64,000 bases of DNA from Caldisericota bacterium (GTDB lineage Bacteria > Caldisericota > Caldisericia > JAAYUI01). Of this stretch, positions 48,228 to 57,768 are shown piece by piece. The notes beneath the pieces are model-generated. The model saw nothing but the letters and a program-made list of their open reading frames with translations, ran no database searches and was not told the DNA's origin. The DNA lies in NCBI GenBank assembly GCA_029548865.1, contig JAKPMO010000026.1, positions 1 through 64,000 on the forward strand. The letters run 5' to 3'. Position 1 is the stretch's first letter. Every line of letters begins with the position of its first letter. A program made the position numbers and the translations under genes.

Positions 48228-49378
48228 AGAGATTTTTGCCCCTGATTTTTGTTCTGGTTCTTTTTGTTTCAGGTTGCGGAAGTGATAATCCGCAATCTTC
48301 AAAAGGCACTAACTGGAAAGCATTTTCCGGCTCCAGTTTCACAAGAGGCATCCCGGACAACGGCGATGTTGATATAAAAACATTCAATTACGGCCATTTT
48401 GCCGGAACCGGAGAGCTGAAAATGAGGTTTGAATCAAAATTTCAGCTTTTTGAAAGGATGCCCGTTGTCCCCTTTGGCGAGAAAAAATGGCTTACAGACA
48501 GCTATCAGGGACGAATTGTAATATACGCAAATGACGGCATAAAACCTTCTGATTTCCCACAATCATTGTCTCTTCATGGTTTCTCGTCTGGAGAAAATTT
48601 CTATGCGATGGAGGCAGAATATGGAGTTTCCTGCTGGAACATGAAAACCGGTTTTTCAAGATGGGACAAGCAGGTCCTTTGCGCCGATGTTTTTGAGTGC
48701 GGAGGCAAGCTTGTTGTTTTTAATTCCCCGGATGGCTCTTTTACGAGACTGCATGCACAAACCGGCGATGTAATCTGGAGGCTTGCAATTTCTGATGGGC
48801 CATGTGGCCCGTTTGCCACCCTGGACGGGAAGATATATTGCCTTGTTTCAGGAGTGCCTGGAAAAACAACGTTATGCAGGATTGATCCGGCAACCGGTGC
48901 AGTGGTTTCGATTGTGCTGGAAAAGAAATATATTGCTATTGCCGGATTCAGGGGAAGATTATGGTTACTGGCGCAAGATGACACGATTGCAGAGTTTGAT
49001 TCACAGGCAGGCACAATAATAAAGGAAACTGGTTTGAAACTGACAAACCCGAAGAAGGGCAATTTTGGGGCCAGGCTTGATACTCTGGGGAATGTCATCT
49101 GTGCCTCATGGCATGACAATTCACTTACGATGACAGAGGTTGTTTCATTTGACCCAAACAGCGGGAAAATTCTCGAGTTTGCTGAAAAAAATTCCACCTT
49201 CCAGATAACAAATGGTCAGCTGATTGAGAAGAAGGATGATGGTTTTTATTGCCTTGATCTGTCCTCTGGCAGTGCTATCTGGTCAGTAAAAACAAACAGG
49301 GGTGCCAGTCTTGTCTGGGCCGATGAGGATGGAGTAATCATTACTTCAAATGGTTCGACCATGGTTTTTGGAGAATAG
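48224..49378 (+). CDS. Lipoprotein with PQQ-like beta-propeller
   Basis: VSGC lipobox; TG..RW / TG.VIW / SG..IW blades. Confidence 0.7.
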   Translation: MKRFLPLIFVLVLFVSGCGSDNPQSSKGTNWKAFSGSSFTRGIPDNGDVDIKTFNYGHFAGTGELKMRFESKFQLFERMPVVPFGEKKWLTDSYQGRIVIYANDGIKPSDFPQSLSLHGFSSGENFYAMEAEYGVSCWNMKTGFSRWDKQVLCADVFECGGKLVVFNSPDGSFTRLHAQTGDVIWRLAISDGPCGPFATLDGKIYCLVSGVPGKTTLCRIDPATGAVVSIVLEKKYIAIAGFRGRLWLLAQDDTIAEFDSQAGTIIKETGLKLTNPKKGNFGARLDTLGNVICASWHDNSLTMTEVVSFDPNSGKILEFAEKNSTFQITNGQLIEKKDDGFYCLDLSSGSAIWSVKTNRGASLVWADEDGVIITSNGSTMVFGE

Positions 49379-49381
49379 CAG

Positions 49382-50383
49382 ATGAAAGATTTTGTAACAC
49401 TTGCGCAGGGCGGTGGCGGCACCGAATCAAAGAAACTTGTTGACGTGATTACATCGTTTATTGGCAATGACGTGCTTGCGCCGTTTGACGATGCAGGCGT
49501 TTTTGGGGTGGAAAAGGGGCGGCTCGCTTTTACAACCGATGGATTTGTTGTCAAACCTATTTTCTTCCCGGGTGGCAATATTGGAAGGCTTGCAGCTTGC
49601 GGAACTTTGAACGATCTGGCCGTGATGGCCGCCAGACCTTTGGCCATCTCGCTCTCTCTTGTGATTGAAGAGGGGTTTCCGCTAGAAAAACTGGTGCAGA
49701 TCATGGAGAGTTTCAAGACCGATCTGGGTGGAACAAAAGTGGTTTGCGGCGACACAAAAGTTGTTGAAAAGGGTTCCGTTGATGGGGTATTCATGACAAC
49801 TTCGGGCATCGGCCTCCAGATGGATAATTGCCATCCAAGCGGCTCCAGTCTTGAACCTGGTGATGTATTGATTGTCACCGGTTCTCTTGGAAGGCACGGG
49901 GCTTGCATAATGGCCTGCAGGGACGAGCTTGGATTTTTCGGCCAGATACAGTCTGACGTTGCCCCACTGTGGCCCATGCTGGAAAAACTTTTTGTCGGGA
50001 TTGGTGAAAATATCCATGCCTGCCGGGACATCACAAGGGGAGGATTTTCTGCGATAGTCAACGAATTTGCCCAGTCCTCCCGTGTTGGCATTGATATTGA
50101 TGAGGCATTGTTGCCAATTGACCCTGACGTATCTGGTATGTGTGGAGCGTTGGGTCTTGATCCGTTGACGCTTGCCTGCGAGGGCAGAGCGCTTGTTTCG
50201 GTCAGGAAAGGGTTTGAAGAAAAAGCACTGGAAATCCTGAAGGGCAGCGAACAAGGCTCTGGTGCCTGTATCGTTGGCTCTGTTTCAGAAACCCATTCCC
50301 AGCTGGTGCACCTTAAAACCAGGATTGGCGGCGCAAGGGTGCTTGATCCACCAGCTGGAGAGCTCCTGCCAAGAATCTGCTAG
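49382..50383 (+). CDS. hypE: Hydrogenase maturation carbamoyl dehydratase
   Basis: TTD.FVV.P.FFPGG.IG.LA.CGT.ND, GDTKV, D.TRGG, C-terminal LPRIC. Confidence 0.95.
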   Translation: MKDFVTLAQGGGGTESKKLVDVITSFIGNDVLAPFDDAGVFGVEKGRLAFTTDGFVVKPIFFPGGNIGRLAACGTLNDLAVMAARPLAISLSLVIEEGFPLEKLVQIMESFKTDLGGTKVVCGDTKVVEKGSVDGVFMTTSGIGLQMDNCHPSGSSLEPGDVLIVTGSLGRHGACIMACRDELGFFGQIQSDVAPLWPMLEKLFVGIGENIHACRDITRGGFSAIVNEFAQSSRVGIDIDEALLPIDPDVSGMCGALGLDPLTLACEGRALVSVRKGFEEKALEILKGSEQGSGACIVGSVSETHSQLVHLKTRIGGARVLDPPAGELLPRIC

Positions 50384-51534
50384 GAAACAATCCTACCGTA
50401 TTCCCCGTCAAAACCCGGCCTGATTCTTATGTTCCCCGATCTTACTTTCAATATCATTTCGGTGGTCTTTTCGGGCAATATTTTTTCAAGCTCACCCTCG
50501 CCAGCCTCCAGAAGGATGTAAAGCTCGGAACCAATTGATTCGATCGCCTTTTCTGCCAGTTTTTTTGATTTTGCGGTTGGAGAGGAAAGCCCAAGCGAAA
50601 AAGCGAGCAAATCGTTTAGAGGAATGATTTTTTTGAATGGCTGTGTTTTTGGGTTTGCGCTTTTTTCAAGCCTCCCAATCCTTTGGGCTACACCAAGGGT
50701 CATCTTTTTGCCGCATTTGGGGCATATCTCGAAATCTTCATCTTCCCTGAGTCCAACACCACAAGGTTTGTGACCGGTTACATGGTATTTACCGAACTCT
50801 GGACAACACTCTATCGTCATGAGTGGCGACATGAGTGATTTTTTCAGCGGAATGCCATTTTCGATGATTGTTGCCTCCCTGCCTATTGTCTCCGGGCTGT
50901 GTGCATCCGAGAAGCTGACAATCGATACTCCTTCAAGGGTCTTGAGGGTGGCGCACATGGCCGGGTCCGCAGAAATGCCTGTTTCGCATGGCGATTTTGA
51001 TATCCTCAGGTCTTCGAATTTTTCAACACCCCGTCGACCAAGTATGGAAAAATATGGCGTAAATATGTGTGCAGGAATGATTATTGATTCAGAATCGGAA
51101 GAAAAGATTTCCTCCTCAAGACGTGCTGGTTCTATGTAAAGGTCAGGTCTGGCAAAATCGTTGATTCTGCCATATTTTAACAATCTTTCTCTGACCTTGT
51201 CGACGACCTCGAAATTTGAAAAAACCAATATGAAGTGAAATGCTTTTTTGGCGCCACCAAAAGGAAAATGCACCGAAATTTCAGTTGTGGGGACAACCCC
51301 AATGCTTTTTGAAGGTTTTGAGAGAAAGTCTCTCCACTCCTTTTCCCATGGTGGATATAGGATGTCGCCTGTTCCAATTAGGTTTATGCCTTTTCTGGCA
51401 GACATTTCCACAATACTGGCAGGTGTTGTTGTTCTTGAACAGGATATGGCATATTTGCCGTGGAGATGTAAATCGGCTATTGATAAGTTCGGATTGTGGA
51501 ATAGATTTGTAATTATGGGTGATTCTGAGGGCAT
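50380..51534 (-). CDS. Endonuclease Q family protein (PHP domain + Zn finger)
   Basis: ADLHLH..Y..S.S, GTGD, PAH.FTP, E.G.SAD, SDAHS, GKYH..GH..C, CPKCG...T.GV, PG.DG.YG. Confidence 0.88.
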   Translation of the reverse strand: MPSESPIITNLFHNPNLSIADLHLHGKYAISCSRTTTPASIVEMSARKGINLIGTGDILYPPWEKEWRDFLSKPSKSIGVVPTTEISVHFPFGGAKKAFHFILVFSNFEVVDKVRERLLKYGRINDFARPDLYIEPARLEEEIFSSDSESIIIPAHIFTPYFSILGRRGVEKFEDLRISKSPCETGISADPAMCATLKTLEGVSIVSFSDAHSPETIGREATIIENGIPLKKSLMSPLMTIECCPEFGKYHVTGHKPCGVGLREDEDFEICPKCGKKMTLGVAQRIGRLEKSANPKTQPFKKIIPLNDLLAFSLGLSSPTAKSKKLAEKAIESIGSELYILLEAGEGELEKILPEKTTEMILKVRSGNIRIRPGFDGEYGRIVS

Positions 51535-51847
51535 TGGACAAAGAATAAGGGTTTTAAGACAAAAGCTCAACTATACCCAGATTCAGGTTGAGAAGGCCAC
51601 CGGTATTCCCCAATCAAACCTTTCGGAGTTTGAAAATGGCAAGCTTATACCGACTATCCAGACACTGTTTAAAATTGCCAAATTCTTTGGAGTCAGTGTT
51701 GCCTATCTTTTGGGAGAGGGTGACCTTGAAGGTCTCAAAGTCAACGTGAGCCTGTTGAGCGAGTTGTCCGAGGATGGTAAAAAACAGATCCAGGATTTCA
51801 TAGATTTTGTAGTTCAAAGGGAGATGGAGAAAGAAAAGGAGCAATAG
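51515..51847 (+). CDS. XRE-family HTH transcriptional regulator
   Basis: IG.RIR.LR....TQ.......GI....LS..E.G...P....L..IA..F.VS..YLLG. Confidence 0.9.
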   Translation: MGDSEGIGQRIRVLRQKLNYTQIQVEKATGIPQSNLSEFENGKLIPTIQTLFKIAKFFGVSVAYLLGEGDLEGLKVNVSLLSELSEDGKKQIQDFIDFVVQREMEKEKEQ

Positions 51848-52499
51848 GCCTCACTTAAAATTCAGTATAAAAGGGCTGGTTGCTGGGGTATGCTTATTTT
51901 TTTGCGAGATTAGCAATAGCACAGATAAGCATTGATCATAAATTTCTCAAATTCCTTACAAGAATTGTTACTGCGCATGAGCTTAGCTTTTTTTTGCTCA
52001 TGAAACTGATGAGTATTGATTTGCACGAGATAAAGGTGAATTTTTTGTGTGTAACTTTCTTTTGCGAGAGAGGATCGTAATTGGTGTTTTTGAGATGCGA
52101 TTCTGAATGTAAAAAAATGGTTTTGTTATTGGAATAGCCTAAGTTTCTCGTAGTATTGAAGATTTTTATAGTTAGAAAACTATAAGGATACAAAATTGAT
52201 ACCGAAAATGCTAAGAGGCATTTGATGCAGATTAGATAATTATTTTATTGACTAAGTGTGCTATAATATCCCGAAAATAACCGTGTGCTGACTGTTCCCA
52301 TTATTGCACACCCCAATCTCTTTACGTACCAAATTCATCATTTTGAAACACTCCACAATATTGCAAGTCCATGTTTCGCTTGACACACAAAATGAGGCAA
52401 ATACAATAACACCCGTTTGAGAAATTCATTGTTTGCCTCAAATATTACCAAACAATGAATTTTTTGTTGTGTTTTACTATTCCATTGATGAGGTTAGGT

Positions 52500-53516
52500 G
52501 TGAATCAGAAACAAACGAAACGGTTATCGGTAATTTTGTTGCCGGGCCACGAGAGGGTTTTTTCATTTAGTTTGAAATGGGCGAGTATTTATGCAGGGAC
52601 TATAATACTCTCCGTTCTTTCGTGCGTGCTTGTCAACTTTGTCACCGTTTCCTATCCAACCAGAGCTCATGAATTCAGTATGTTGATGTCTACCGGCACA
52701 GGCAGGCTTTCTTACTTGCTTTCAGAGCAGATTGCCTATGTCAAATCAGAAGAAATGATATATTCAGAGTCGGCAACCCAACTCCTCGAGGCCACAAAAC
52801 AGCTTGAGTCCAAAGATAAAACAATCAGGGAAAAGGACGAAATAGCCCCGCAGTACAAGACCCTCAAGGAGATCTTCAATTCAAAACCATATCGCGAGCT
52901 TGCCACCAATCCTCAACTTTCGGACCAGGGCTCAGTTATTTCTGCCAAAGCAGCAACAATACTCCAAAGAATTGACAGCACAACCCACATTTTCGCCCAG
53001 GCAGAGCGTATCACGGACAATCTTTACTGGCTCAGGACACATACGCCAAACTGCTACCCGGTCCCAGATGGTGAAACAAGGGACCATAATCCTGGTTTTG
53101 GATATAGAATCCATCCAATTTGGGGGACTTTCGATAACCACACAGGAATCGATATTGAAGGCAAACTTGGTGAACCGATTTATGCAGTTGCTGATGGTGT
53201 TGTTACCAGAGCAAAGTTGTACGGTGGTTATGGTCGCTGTATAGACATTCTCCATCGCAAGGACGAAGGTGGAATTGTATCCAGATATGGCCATTGCGAC
53301 GAGATTGTTGTAAAAGAGGGCGACATGGTCAAGAGGGGTGACCTGATAGGCTATGTAGGTTCAACAGGAACCTCGACAGGCCCGCACATCCATTTTGAAA
53401 TAACGATAGACAATAGGCCAACAGACCCAGATGAATATATCCGTAACGTAAACATAAGCCAGAAATACCTCAAAAAGGAAGTCCCGGCCCAGCAAAAAGC
53501 GAGCGGGGGGAAATGA
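52500..53516 (+). CDS. M23 family peptidoglycan endopeptidase 1 (N-terminal TM + coiled coil)
   Basis: HTGID, YGH, STGPHIHFE; start uncertain (52488 or 52500). Confidence 0.9.
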   Translation: MNQKQTKRLSVILLPGHERVFSFSLKWASIYAGTIILSVLSCVLVNFVTVSYPTRAHEFSMLMSTGTGRLSYLLSEQIAYVKSEEMIYSESATQLLEATKQLESKDKTIREKDEIAPQYKTLKEIFNSKPYRELATNPQLSDQGSVISAKAATILQRIDSTTHIFAQAERITDNLYWLRTHTPNCYPVPDGETRDHNPGFGYRIHPIWGTFDNHTGIDIEGKLGEPIYAVADGVVTRAKLYGGYGRCIDILHRKDEGGIVSRYGHCDEIVVKEGDMVKRGDLIGYVGSTGTSTGPHIHFEITIDNRPTDPDEYIRNVNISQKYLKKEVPAQQKASGGK

Positions 53517-53592
53517 TGATGCTCCAGGTCTGGAAAAAACAAAATAGGGCGCTTTTTGGGGGTTTTCTCCAGCAGGAGAAAAGGAGGAGCAA

Positions 53593-54264
53593 ATGCTGAT
53601 GAGCGGAAAGGGTAGTACAAAAAGGGGACTTGGTTTTAAAATTTTGATTATTTCAATATCTTTTATCCTGTTGGGTTCTTTGGTGACAACTTTTGTAATA
53701 ACAAACAAGATAGCCGCTGAAAAAAGACTGGCTGAAATTGAAGGTATTGTCAGAAAACAGGCCACCACAACAAAATCTATAGCCATGATGTTTTTGACAC
53801 GCCAGATGGTCGAAATGGCCACAGATTTTCCAATTTACCCCATTAAGGATTTCACAAGCAGGAAACATTATAGTGAATTTGGATACAAGGTTCACCCAAT
53901 TTGGGGGGCATTCGATAACCACACAGGGATCGATATAGAAGCGAAGCTCGGAGAAAAGGCGTTTGCTGTGTATGATGGCAAAATAATAAGGGCTGGATGG
54001 TATGGTGGGTATGGTCTTTGTGTTGATCTGAGTTTTAGATATTGTGATAGGGATTTTATTACTAGATATGCAAATTTGAGCGAAATGCTTGTTTCAAAAG
54101 GTGATGTCGTTTCAAAAGGGCATGTTATAGGTTTAGCTGGTTCAACAGGAGTTTCAACAGGACCACACCTTCATTTTGAAACCCTATTAAAAGATAGACC
54201 GGTCGACCCAATAGATCTTTATGCAAAGTTTGGAGCGATGATGGCAAAGGCAGGACCCAAGTGA
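53593..54264 (+). CDS. M23 family peptidase 2 (short; YxH His replaced by Asn)
   Basis: HTGID, TRYAN, STGPHLHFE. Confidence 0.88.
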   Translation: MLMSGKGSTKRGLGFKILIISISFILLGSLVTTFVITNKIAAEKRLAEIEGIVRKQATTTKSIAMMFLTRQMVEMATDFPIYPIKDFTSRKHYSEFGYKVHPIWGAFDNHTGIDIEAKLGEKAFAVYDGKIIRAGWYGGYGLCVDLSFRYCDRDFITRYANLSEMLVSKGDVVSKGHVIGLAGSTGVSTGPHLHFETLLKDRPVDPIDLYAKFGAMMAKAGPK

Positions 54265-54364
54265 TATTTTTTGTAGTAGAAACCCCAAAGCGAGGTGCCA
54301 TGGGCGTTGATTTATTAAGCGTCGATTTATTGGCCCCAGGCGCCAGAACCCTCGGAGGTGTTAA

Positions 54365-55297
54365 ATGCTTTTAAGGCACAAAACAAAAACAAACTCTCTC
54401 ACCATGATGTTCATGCCACACTATGACTCACCAGTCAGGATAATTAGACTGCCGTTCGCGGCCCTCTACACCATCCTTGTGGTTGTCATAATGGCCTCAA
54501 CCATGTTGGGGCAGCTGGTATTTAGATACAATCAGATGCAGGCCAACATTGAAACACTGCGACAGGGCTCAAGCCGCAGACTGGTTGATCTCCAGAGAGA
54601 GATGCTTTATGACTACTCAAACAGGCTCAACAACATCCAGAACAAGTTTGCAGTTGTTGAGGAATATCTTAACTATCTTTCAAATCTAAACAAAGAAGTG
54701 AAGGCTTCTGTTGCGGTTATAACCCCAAATAACACTCTCGAGCAAGTGATTGCAGAAAATAGCCTCAAGCAAGAGTCTGTTCCGAAGCCTGCCGCTTATT
54801 TGCCTGTCACTTACGACAATCTCCAGAAAACCTCGGAACATGTCATTAAAGAGAGTGATGAGAGAACAAGGGCTCTTTCTGTAATGAATGCCTATGCCCA
54901 GGAATACAAGGACCTAAGGGATCGTACACCAACTGGATGGCCGCTTCAGGGAAGACTGACCTCTTTTTTTGGCTGGAGAGAGTGGACTGGTACCTTCCAT
55001 GAGGGAATAGACATTGTTGCCCCGCTTGGAACACCACTTCATGCTACCGCCTCTGGAACTGTAATAAGAGCTGAATGGTTCTCTGGCTACGGTCTCTGTG
55101 TTGATGTTCTCCACCGTGATGGCATTGTTACCCGCTACGGCCATTGCGATAAAATACTGATCAAGAAGGGTGATGGCATAAAAGTTGGTCAGGTCATTGC
55201 GTTGACAGGTTCAACCGGTAATTCCGACATACCACATTGCCATTACGAAATAAGAATCAACGACAAATCGGTAGATCCGATGAAGTTCCCGTTCTAG
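54365..55297 (+). CDS. M23 family peptidoglycan endopeptidase 3 (N-terminal TM + coiled coil)
   Basis: HEGID, YGH, PHCHYE. Confidence 0.9.
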   Translation: MLLRHKTKTNSLTMMFMPHYDSPVRIIRLPFAALYTILVVVIMASTMLGQLVFRYNQMQANIETLRQGSSRRLVDLQREMLYDYSNRLNNIQNKFAVVEEYLNYLSNLNKEVKASVAVITPNNTLEQVIAENSLKQESVPKPAAYLPVTYDNLQKTSEHVIKESDERTRALSVMNAYAQEYKDLRDRTPTGWPLQGRLTSFFGWREWTGTFHEGIDIVAPLGTPLHATASGTVIRAEWFSGYGLCVDVLHRDGIVTRYGHCDKILIKKGDGIKVGQVIALTGSTGNSDIPHCHYEIRINDKSVDPMKFPF

Positions 55298-55311
55298 GAG
55301 TCACAAAAAAT

Positions 55312-55686
55312 ATGTTTGGAAAACCAACATCAGAGGTGAGGGACCGTTCTGAGTCCTATATATCCTCAACGCTGAAGATCACAGGCACAATTTATTGCAA
55401 TGGCATTCTAAGAATAGATGGCACACTTGAGGGCAATGTTGAGGGTGAAGGCCATCTCATTGTTGGCCGTACTGCCCATATCAAGGGTGACATCAGAATG
55501 AAATCTGTGACCAACCTTGGCACCATAGAGGGCAACCTCTTCTGCACGGATGTCATTGAGCTCCTCGAGGGTTCAAAACTGCTGGGTGACGTCAATCTCG
55601 AAACGTCCCGTTTCAGGATTGAGGAAAATGTCACCTTCTCCGGCAGGTCAAAAACAAACCTTAAAACACTGGCAAAACAGCAGTAG
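55312..55686 (+). CDS. Bactofilin (polymer-forming cytoskeletal protein, CcmA/BacA-like)
   Basis: MFGK membrane-targeting N-terminus; I.G.I...G.LRIDG..EG.V, G.I.G, IE....F.G beta-helix. Confidence 0.9.
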   Translation: MFGKPTSEVRDRSESYISSTLKITGTIYCNGILRIDGTLEGNVEGEGHLIVGRTAHIKGDIRMKSVTNLGTIEGNLFCTDVIELLEGSKLLGDVNLETSRFRIEENVTFSGRSKTNLKTLAKQQ

Positions 55687-55688
55687 CA

Positions 55689-57131
55689 ATGGCTGTTTGG
55701 CAAGGAAAAACAAACAGGCTGGACCAAAACCGGCTTGAAATCCCCGGCACTCACAAAGCTTTTATGAGGGTGCCGGGGATTATCTTTTGTTCTGTCCCCA
55801 TGGAGCAAGGCCTTTTTGCAGACAATGCACCAGAACAAGTCGCCAATGTTGCTTCTTTGCCTGGTATCATCAAGGCATCATTTGCCATGCCTGATATTCA
55901 TTGGGGCTATGGTTTCCCGATTGGTGGCGTGGCCGCGTTTGATGAAAAAGAAGGTGTCATCTCCCCTGGTGGTGTTGGATATGATATCAACTGTGGTGTC
56001 AGGCTCCTTCGTTCCAACCTGGTGGCCCACGATGTCGTAAAACACGTCGAGAAAATAATTGGCTCGATTTATAGCAATGTTCCATCTGGTGTGGGCTCCG
56101 AAGGAAAAATAAGGCTGGAACGGCAGGAACTCCAAAAAGTACTTGTTGAAGGTTCTGCCTGGGCGGTCAAAAAAGGTTATGGCTATCAAGAAGACCTGCA
56201 ATTCATTGAAGATGGCGGGCAAATGGCTGGTGCAAATCCCGATGCAGTCTCGAAAGAAGCAGTAAAGAGGGGTACACCGCAACTCGGAACTCTGGGTGCT
56301 GGCAACCATTTTCTGGAAATCCAGGAAGTCACCGAGATTTATGACGAAAAAATAGCAGGAACATTTGGGCTTTTTGTCGGCCAGATGGTCGTATTAATAC
56401 ACACTGGGTCGAGGGGCCTCGGGCACCAGGTCGCAACTGACTACATAGATGTCATGCAAAATGCTGCAAAAATGTATGGCATCGAGCTTCCAGACAGGCA
56501 ACTTGCATGTGCACCGTTCATGTCTCCCGAAGGCCAGCGCTATTTTGGTGCCATGGCTGCATCAGCAAATTATGCCTGGGCAAACAGGCAGATGATAACC
56601 CACTGGGTCAGGGAAAGTTTTGAGAGGTCTCTTGGGATGAGTCAGGAGAAACTCGGTTTGGGGATTGTCTATGACATTGCCCACAATATCGCAAAGAGGG
56701 AAACACACCTTGGGAGAAAAGTGGTTGTCCATCGCAAGGGTGCTACAAGGGCCTTCCCTGCGGGTTTCCCTGGGATTCCCGAGACATACAGCGAAACTGG
56801 TCATCCAGTACTTGTTCCAGGTGATATGGGTCGATATTCTTTTGTCATGGTTGGTACCAAAAAAGGCGCTGAAGAGGTTTTTGCATCTTGCTGTCATGGT
56901 GCGGGAAGGGTCCTTTCCAGAACACAGGCAATCAAAAATTACAGACCCGGACAAGTTATTGAGAAACTTAGGCAGAACGGGACATATCTAAAAGCAGCAA
57001 ATTCTGAAACTATTAGTGAAGAAGCCCCTGGTGCATACAAAGATGTTGCCATGGTGGTTGATGTCTTGGATGGTGCAGGAATTGCCAAAAAGATTGCAAA
57101 AATGAGACCACTTGGTGTTGTGAAGGGGTAA
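55689..57131 (+). CDS. rtcB: RtcB RNA ligase (long archaeal/eukaryote-like type)
   Basis: MPDIHWGYGFPIGG, GYDINCG, LG.GNHF.E, HTGSRG, YD.AHN, HRKGATRA, PG.MG, HGAGR, EEAP.AYK. Confidence 0.95.
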   Translation: MAVWQGKTNRLDQNRLEIPGTHKAFMRVPGIIFCSVPMEQGLFADNAPEQVANVASLPGIIKASFAMPDIHWGYGFPIGGVAAFDEKEGVISPGGVGYDINCGVRLLRSNLVAHDVVKHVEKIIGSIYSNVPSGVGSEGKIRLERQELQKVLVEGSAWAVKKGYGYQEDLQFIEDGGQMAGANPDAVSKEAVKRGTPQLGTLGAGNHFLEIQEVTEIYDEKIAGTFGLFVGQMVVLIHTGSRGLGHQVATDYIDVMQNAAKMYGIELPDRQLACAPFMSPEGQRYFGAMAASANYAWANRQMITHWVRESFERSLGMSQEKLGLGIVYDIAHNIAKRETHLGRKVVVHRKGATRAFPAGFPGIPETYSETGHPVLVPGDMGRYSFVMVGTKKGAEEVFASCCHGAGRVLSRTQAIKNYRPGQVIEKLRQNGTYLKAANSETISEEAPGAYKDVAMVVDVLDGAGIAKKIAKMRPLGVVKG

Positions 57132-57138
57132 AAATAGG

Positions 57139-57768
57139 ATGTCGAACAGAAACCGTTTATCAAGAATAAGGTCCCGCAGAGGCATGGCAGACAAACAGAA
57201 AAAAGTTATAAAAAATCTGTTTTATGGTTTTCTTGTGCTTGTTGTCATTGCTGCGGTGGGCACGACTGTTTTTTTTCTAACGAGGCTCACCCCCAAAAAA
57301 GATAATCTGTTTAGCGATCCAAATGGTTTTTTCGAAATGGAACTGCCAGAAGACTGGGTATATTATAAAGGCGCTGATGTTGTCAAATTTGACAGTTCAC
57401 TTGGTCATGCAAGCTATTCCTTCGTTTTTTACCCAAAAGGCCAGAACATGGAGATAGAGAAATTTACTGGTAATGTCCTCACCTGTGCGGTTTTTTTGAA
57501 AGAGTGGGTTGGAGACAAGGAACATTACGACAAGTTCTTTGGTTACATGGGTGGCATCAATAACCCAAAGAAGTATATGACCGAGGAAATTTTGCAGAAA
57601 GGTGAAAAGATTCCAGGGGTAAAAGATGGAGGGTATACCTTTGAGAAAGGTTGGCCACTGGCAACTGTAAAGTCAAAGAATGCAATGATATTCTTCAATG
57701 GATCTTACTCTGGGGATGAAGAGAAAAAAACAATAGAAAAAATGCTTCTTTCAATAAAAACACCATGA
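57139..57768 (+). CDS. Membrane-anchored hypothetical protein
   Basis: N-terminal TM; F....GF...LP.DW motif (PsbP-like). Confidence 0.6.
   Translation: MSNRNRLSRIRSRRGMADKQKKVIKNLFYGFLVLVVIAAVGTTVFFLTRLTPKKDNLFSDPNGFFEMELPEDWVYYKGADVVKFDSSLGHASYSFVFYPKGQNMEIEKFTGNVLTCAVFLKEWVGDKEHYDKFFGYMGGINNPKKYMTEEILQKGEKIPGVKDGGYTFEKGWPLATVKSKNAMIFFNGSYSGDEEKKTIEKMLLSIKTP

Noticed and set aside
51848..52490. Replication origin
   Set aside because: No clustered TTATCCACA-type DnaA boxes found and no dnaA nearby.
54300..54374. 24-aa upstream ORF (MGVDLLSVDLL...) overlapping the M23-3 start
   Set aside because: SD-to-ATG spacing is only 2-3 nt; the region is better explained as a structured leader.
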